From positions 104,409-168,408 of the forward strand of contig WELA01002286.1 of the NCBI GenBank assembly GCA_009602735.1: a stretch of 64,000 bases of DNA. The letters run 5' to 3'. A model generated the notes under the pieces. It ran no database searches and had not been told where the DNA came from. It saw only the letters and a list, made by a program, of their open reading frames with translations. The stretch's first letter is position 1; every line of letters starts with the position of its first letter. Below are positions 58,112 to 64,000 of this stretch, one piece after another. The position numbers were made by a program, and so were the translations under genes. The stretch is from Mesotaenium endlicherianum (lineage: Eukaryota).

Positions 58112-60697
58112 TTGATTCTTTCAATCTGCCCATCAGTCTGAGGGTAGTATGCTGTGCTGAGCAGCTGTTTGACTTTCATTAACCCCATGAAAGCTCTCTA
58201 GAACTTTGAGGTACATTTTCAATCCCTGTTGAGACAATATTTGAGCGTTGCCCATGTTGGCAGACTACATGATTGTAGAACCGTTTCGGGGTTTTGAGGG
58301 CAGTCATCTTGACAGTGGTGGGGATGAAAATGAACATTTTTGTATATTTATCCACTACTACCAGGAGAGAATGATGCCTATTTGCAGTTCTTGGTAGCGT
58401 TACCATCCAGTCCATAGATATTGTTTCCCATCGTCCAGCTGGGATGGGTAGTGGGTGTAATAGCCCTCCGAGTGGTGTGCGTCGAGACTTGTTTTTCTGA
58501 CACTGATCACAGGACTTGACATATTTCAAGACGTCCCAAAGCAACCCTTCACGGTGATAGTGTTAGCCTGACTCAGTAATAAAGACCTCATTTTCAAGGT
58601 ATTCGCAATTACCAACTTCTGTCTATCTTAAGTGGTTTCCATTACCCAGACTCCTCCCTTGACATTATACTCAAGTGCATTAGCAGGACACACACCATCA
58701 GTGGGGCTAGGCTCAAATGTTGGGTCAAAAAAGTAGGCTTTCCTAAGTTGTTGAAGGAAGGACTTTTTGATTTTTAATGAGGTGAGTGCACAAAGAACTT
58801 TGTCTATAGCATGCTGACTAAAGTTCCTTCTTTGCAAGTCAGGTCTTTTAGAGAGTGCATCAGCGAGATTCAACTTCCCTGGTTTGAAGTCGATCTGGAC
58901 TTGGAAATGCTCCAGCATCTGGCTCCAGCGGTTCTCCCTCCTCAACAGCTGGGACTTTTTCTGAAAGTGAGTCAGAGCTAGATGATTTGTAAATTGCTCA
59001 AATGCTTTACCATGTGAGTGTGCTCTCCACTGTTTGAGAACAGGTTCGCTAAGATCATACATCGCTAAGATTAGGGCATAACAAAGGGCATCTTAAGGGT
59101 CTGGAAAGCAGCTTGCTGCTCTTTCTCCCACACATACCCTATGTTCTTCTTAGTAAGGTCAATCAATTTACGGGCCTTTGTAGAATATTCTCAGTAAATC
59201 TCCTATAGTAGTTAGCTAATCCAAGGAAGGATCTAACTTCCGAGATAGACTGTGGTACTGGGCAATCCCTTATGGTCTGGACTTTCTTAGAATCCACACT
59301 GATGCCTTGTTTCTGACAACGAGTTGTGAGAATTCATTACTCCCTTCAAACAGAGCCCACTTGCTCATTTTGATATAAAATTGATTCTTTCTTAGAGTGT
59401 CCATAACTTTCTTCAAGTGCTAAGAATACTTAATTTCATTTCTAGAGAAGGTTAAAGTATCTTCCAAAAAGACTTGCACAACTTATCCAAGTAAGGCCAG
59501 AGAATGTCATTCATAGTACTCATGAAGGTTGCAGGGGCATTAGTCAGTCCAAATGGCATCCATTAGACTCATAGTGTCCATACCATGTGCGGAAGGCAGT
59601 CTTGTGTTCATCCCCCTCAAAGATTTGATTTGGTGATTATTGCTCTTGAGATGTATTTTACTGAACATTTTAGCAGGAAACAGGGTATCAAGCAAGTCCT
59701 TGATTCTCAATGATGCGTACTTGTTCTTCACTGTAGTTTTGTTAAGACCTCTATAGTCCACACACATTTGCATACTGCCATCCATCTTTTTAACAAATAT
59801 GATGAGTGCGCCACAAGGTGATTTACTGGGAAAAATGTAACCGTTTTCTTCCAGCTCTGCAAGCTGTGTTCTTAACTCTTCACTCTCCCCATAAGACAAG
59901 CCATGTGCGTTGCCAGGGTGGTTGACTCTTAGGTAGTAAATCAATCTTATAGTCTACTTCTCTTTAAGAGGGCACATCTGTAGGCATATAAAAAACATCA
60001 GTATGCTGAGCAACAATTTTTGCAGCAGTAGGGTGCTCCGGAGGGCTCACCTTTTTCTCAACCACTTCTTCAGGTTGAGGAGGTACCTCTTCCAGCAACA
60101 GACCAAACATTCTGTCTTCCTTTTGGTTCCAACTTTCGATGAACTTCATTGCATTCAGAAATTTGCATCCTCCTGGAAGCCTCTTCTTTTCCTTCATTTG
60201 CCATCTATACATGACAAGAGGAAGAGCACTAGTGGGTTGCCAAGTTAGTCTGCCCATTATTGGGTCCTCTCACTTTAACTCTACTTTTGCTCCAACACAC
60301 TTCAGCTTGATGTCTATTGAGCCAGGACTTTTGTAGCACCAGTTCAAAAATGCCAATAATGAATATCTCAAATATTAGCGTTTCAGTTAGAATTGTAATG
60401 CCAGATCCTGACTGGACCTCAATAGGCTTGGTTATAACTCCTCCCGTGATTCTTCAGGCCTTTCCAAGAAATATTTTTCTGTTCTCTTGAGTGACAGTAG
60501 GCAGCTTTACCCGCTTAACTAAGCCCTTTTAGATAAAAGTATGTGACGCCCCTCCGTCAACAAATGCCCTCACCTTCTTGCCTGCAATTATACAATGCAG
60601 AAGGATACGGGGGGCTAACTTTTTTCCTGACTTTCACATTGTTCTCCTGACTTAGCAAAGAAATGTTGGACATCAGGTAGAACAAGACCATTCTGAG

Positions 60698-61453
60698 TGT
60701 AAGGTCATAAGTTTATAAAGTGCATTTTTGAGTTTCATGAAAATATAATATGATTGTATAAATAGTGTAGATTTTATTTTTGTGGTCATTTTGATATAAA
60801 GTTCATCAAATTTGGTCAAGTAGTGAGAGAGTTATATTTTTCCAAAGTTTAATTAGTTTTGAGGTCGGTTGACGATTGTCCTTAATTCGCGGTGAGCGCG
60901 CCCGTCGGATTGACCGACAGCGTCGAGCGATCTGGACGATTAGAAGGAATTCGAACCTTCACGTAAGTTCGGCTGACGCGGAGTGCCGACTAGGTCAATT
61001 TACTTAGAAGTTTCGGATTAGCCTTGCGCGTCTAAGTTTGTATATTCTAGATATTTCGATGCATGCATGTGGACGTCAAATCGACCCGACACGTCACATG
61101 AGACTGATCTGGCTTTCTCACATATATTCTGGAAGGGACAATTTGACAAACACTGAGGAAAATCCGTTGCTAAACGGCCCTCCCGCCAAGGGGCGAGCGG
61201 CCGTCGTAGAAAACTATAAATAGACATAACTACTTCATTTCTTATCAGTTTTCACTTCTGTAAATTTCTACGGGTTGCTAATGACAGGGCCTTTTATTCT
61301 ACATCATTTGTGAGCAATTTCTTGCTATTCAAAGTGTCAAGTAATTTCCCTAAGCTTTCTTAGTGATATGCCACTGCACTCTTTAGTATGATTGCAACTA
61401 GTTCTTTCCTTCGTGAGTCACTACGCTTCCATTAGGGCACTTTGCCCCTTTCA
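60698..61453 (+). mobile_element. Family A solo LTR
   Basis: TGTAAGG...CCTTTCA, TSD CTGAG/CAGAG (4/5), sitting between family D gag and protease. Confidence 0.93.
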
Positions 61454-63165
61454 CAGAGTGTGCACTCTCTAAAGATCTATATATCTGATGGTCTCTTTTA
61501 TCCGTTTGTCAGGCATGCATAGTGAATCCAGTTCAGCGGGACCCATAATATCTGCTACAAGGGCAGCTAGTGACGACTCACTATCTCTAGCATCCTCGCA
61601 GTCAGTAGAATGGATTACTGAGTGTTGCTGTCTATTAAAGGCTGATTCTTTCTCTCGACTCTTGAAGGGTGCTACTTAGAACACTGCTCTCTGTAGTGAC
61701 CTAACTTCTGTCAGTGGTAACAAATAGACTTTGTTGAGGCTGGTCTTGGCTTCGTCCTACCACCACCTCTTCCATAGCCATCTCGAGAGTATCCACCTCT
61801 CCTTCTAGACTGTAGAGCATTATAAGCGTACTCATACTCATCACTCTGATTGTCCTCAGCCTGATTTCCTTCAATTGCATTGTAGGAACCATATGGCTTT
61901 TTGACAATCTTGGACACCAATGCATTGCTCCGGCGCTTGTCATTAAACTGTTGCTAATTCCAGACATCATCATCCTGGATCAACTCAGCCAATTTCTCAT
62001 ATTTTCTTTCTGCAAACTGACCTGAGATTTCAAACTTCAAGCTATACCTGAAGTAGGCTATCCTATACCGCTCTGGCATTTTTTGGTGCTTCATCATGTT
62101 CTCTTAAAACTCTTGAGCAAACTCACCAACTGAAATGGTCTGCTTCATTGTCAAGGAAATCATAGCATGAATAGCTTTCTCCTGTTGATTGATAACATCA
62201 AATTTCTCATGCAGCTTCTCGACAAACTCTACCAAAGTAGGGTCACCGAGTTGTTGAGCCTTACGCTCACCATTCCAATACAGCTACCAGTCTGCTGTAC
62301 TGCCTTTCAATAAAGCACCGGTGTGGCTCACTTTCCCGTAGTCTTGCAGTTTTGGGTAATAATCCAGCCACTGCTCAACATCCGCAAAAAACTTGATGAA
62401 ATAATATTTGTTGTTTCCCTCAGGGTCATAGTCCTGAGGAGGTTGTGGCTTAGGTTTACTACGCCCTCTGTCGCTACCAGCAGTGGTTTGAGAACCCAGT
62501 TGGCTTTATCACGCAGCAATGCCATCATGATCCTTCTGTCCTCTTGTTGGGACTGATACATGCTCACCATTCGCGATTGCGTTTGCACAAATGCAGCTTC
62601 TAGATCTACATTATGAGTTGGTAGCCCAGCAAACGTAGCAGCAGTAACATAAGCTCGATTAGTAGCAGCTTCGGCATTCTTGATTGCTAACGATCCGGCT
62701 GATCCTGTTGCATTCAGTTGTCTGCGAATGTGAGGGAGAGGTATAACTGTAGGCACAGCAGGAGGTTGGAATCCGAGATTGGCCCTCTCTACCATCTGCT
62801 CTTTCACCGTCCTTTTATCAGGGGCCCTTCTTTTTACTGCCTCTTCCTCTTACGTTCCGATTTTTGAGTCATCTTGCTCAATCATAAAGACAATGCAGTC
62901 AGTGAAGTCATGATACTTTGCCACTACTGAATGCCCGTGGTAAAGAAGTACGTGATAGGGAGAGTCCCTAGTGTGTAGTACCTTGTGTGAGTGAGTATAA
63001 GCAAGAATTGAGTTGGTGACAAAAAGTGAGTTTGAACGCAAGTTGAGTGTGTAGAATGGTTATAAAATTCGCTTGGCTGGTCTCGAGACGGAACACACTC
63101 CCCCCAACTTATTTTAAAGGTGGGCTGCCTGTCACAACTGTCACTATCTGTCACTAACTGTCATA

Positions 63166-64000
63166 TACCCCTCCGACTTATATGGAGACAGGCTCTCCTG
63201 TCACCTGTCCATGTCCACTGAAATGTCAGTTAGGGAGGGGTGCCAGCCGCCCGAAGGTGGAACCGTTTCAACGCCCCCTTGGCATTTGTCAGCTGGTCTT
63301 TAAATTCCCAAGTGTCCCCAGAGGCATCGTAACCCTTCCATCTGACCAGGTACTTTATGACATAATTAGATGATCGACGGATGGAGCGAGTGTCTAAAAC
63401 CTCCTCGACCTCATATTCCTCAGGGTCACCATCCCGGACAGCGGGGACCGGTCCCGGTTGGACAGGTAACCAGCCAGTGAACAGTGTGTCTCCATTAATT
63501 TATGGTTCTAGGAAGGAGACATTAAAGACTGGGTGACCATTGTATTCTGCTACTATGTTCAATTTGTAAGCATTCTGACCGACACGGCGCACCACCAAAT
63601 ATGGACCGACCTAGACAGCACCAAGCTTTTTGTTGACCACACCAGGTGGGTACAGGTGCTGAGAATGCAATTTGACCAAATCGCCCTTAGAAAAAGTCAG
63701 TTCTCAACGGTGCTAATTAGCGTACTTTTGTTGGTTTTCTTGGGCTTTGTGCACGTTCTGTTGGAATTCTGACAAGGTGTCAGGAAACTCCTGGGTGAAC
63801 TGGAGGGAGACCGAATTGTCAATTCCTTCAGGGTGTGTTAAAGACTCCCCTAGTACATTCATAGGAGACTTAGGGACTCTACCCAGGTTCAATTCGAAAG
63901 GAGTCTTGCCCGTTGACGCGTGCATTGCACTGTTGACCGCAAATTGGATTTGAGGTAACAGGTCATTCCAATTATCTTGTTATTGGTCAATATAGGCTCT
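63166..64000 (-). mobile_element. 3' end (integrase C-terminus, chromodomain, PPT) of another family D element
   Basis: HASTGKTPFELNLGRVPKS...EYEVEEVL is homologous to 56760-57590. Purine tract near 63170. Confidence 0.88.

Larger units (their letters stand above)
56570..63165 (-). mobile_element. Old Ty3/gypsy chromovirus, family D (gag 62807-61455, pol ~60620-56860), heavily decayed
   Basis: Gag with knuckle remnant, protease AFVDGGASH, RT (SPCGA..FVKK.DGSMQMCVDYRGLNK), RNase H, integrase (YVKSCDQCQ, WETISMDW, QTDGQIER), chromodomain (EYEVDEIL). PPT AAGTTGGAGAGGA near 56760. LTR limits approximate. Confidence 0.85.

Noticed and set aside
1..61453. Recurrent ~750-bp repeats as a CRISPR array or segmental duplication
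   Set aside because: They have TG...CA ends, PBS/PPT and TSDs, so they are LTRs. There is no repeat-spacer periodicity and no cas genes.

Overview
Eukaryotic green-lineage DNA, most plausibly a streptophyte alga: it has spliceosomal GT-AG introns, a plastid-type rhodanese gene and plant-type chromoviruses. The species cannot be named from sequence alone. The left half holds two genes. One is a 7-exon chloroplast rhodanese (STR14-like, 2779-6731, +). The other, convergent with it, is a 10-exon, ~6,120-aa multimodular non-ribosomal peptide synthetase (NRPS, 31885-10001, -). Its architecture is [truncated, P-loop-dead FAAL-like]-[half C]-A-T-C-A-T-C-A-T-C-A-T-C-A-T-C, with no TE, R or E domain. 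All five A domains carry a phase-0 intron at the same codon (GRxDxQ|VK), and the modules share perfectly identical DNA blocks, so the assembly line was probably built by module duplication inside a eukaryotic genome. Hand-read A-domain pockets follow an X-Y-Y-Z-Z pattern. The right half (33.9-64 kb) is a nest of decayed LTR retrotransposons: two full-length Ty3/gypsy chromoviruses, fragments and solo LTRs (8 copies of one LTR family in the window), a second gypsy family, a copia relic, and a pol-less gag element carrying an unrecognised protein domain. There is one 559-N assembly gap, inside NRPS intron 1.
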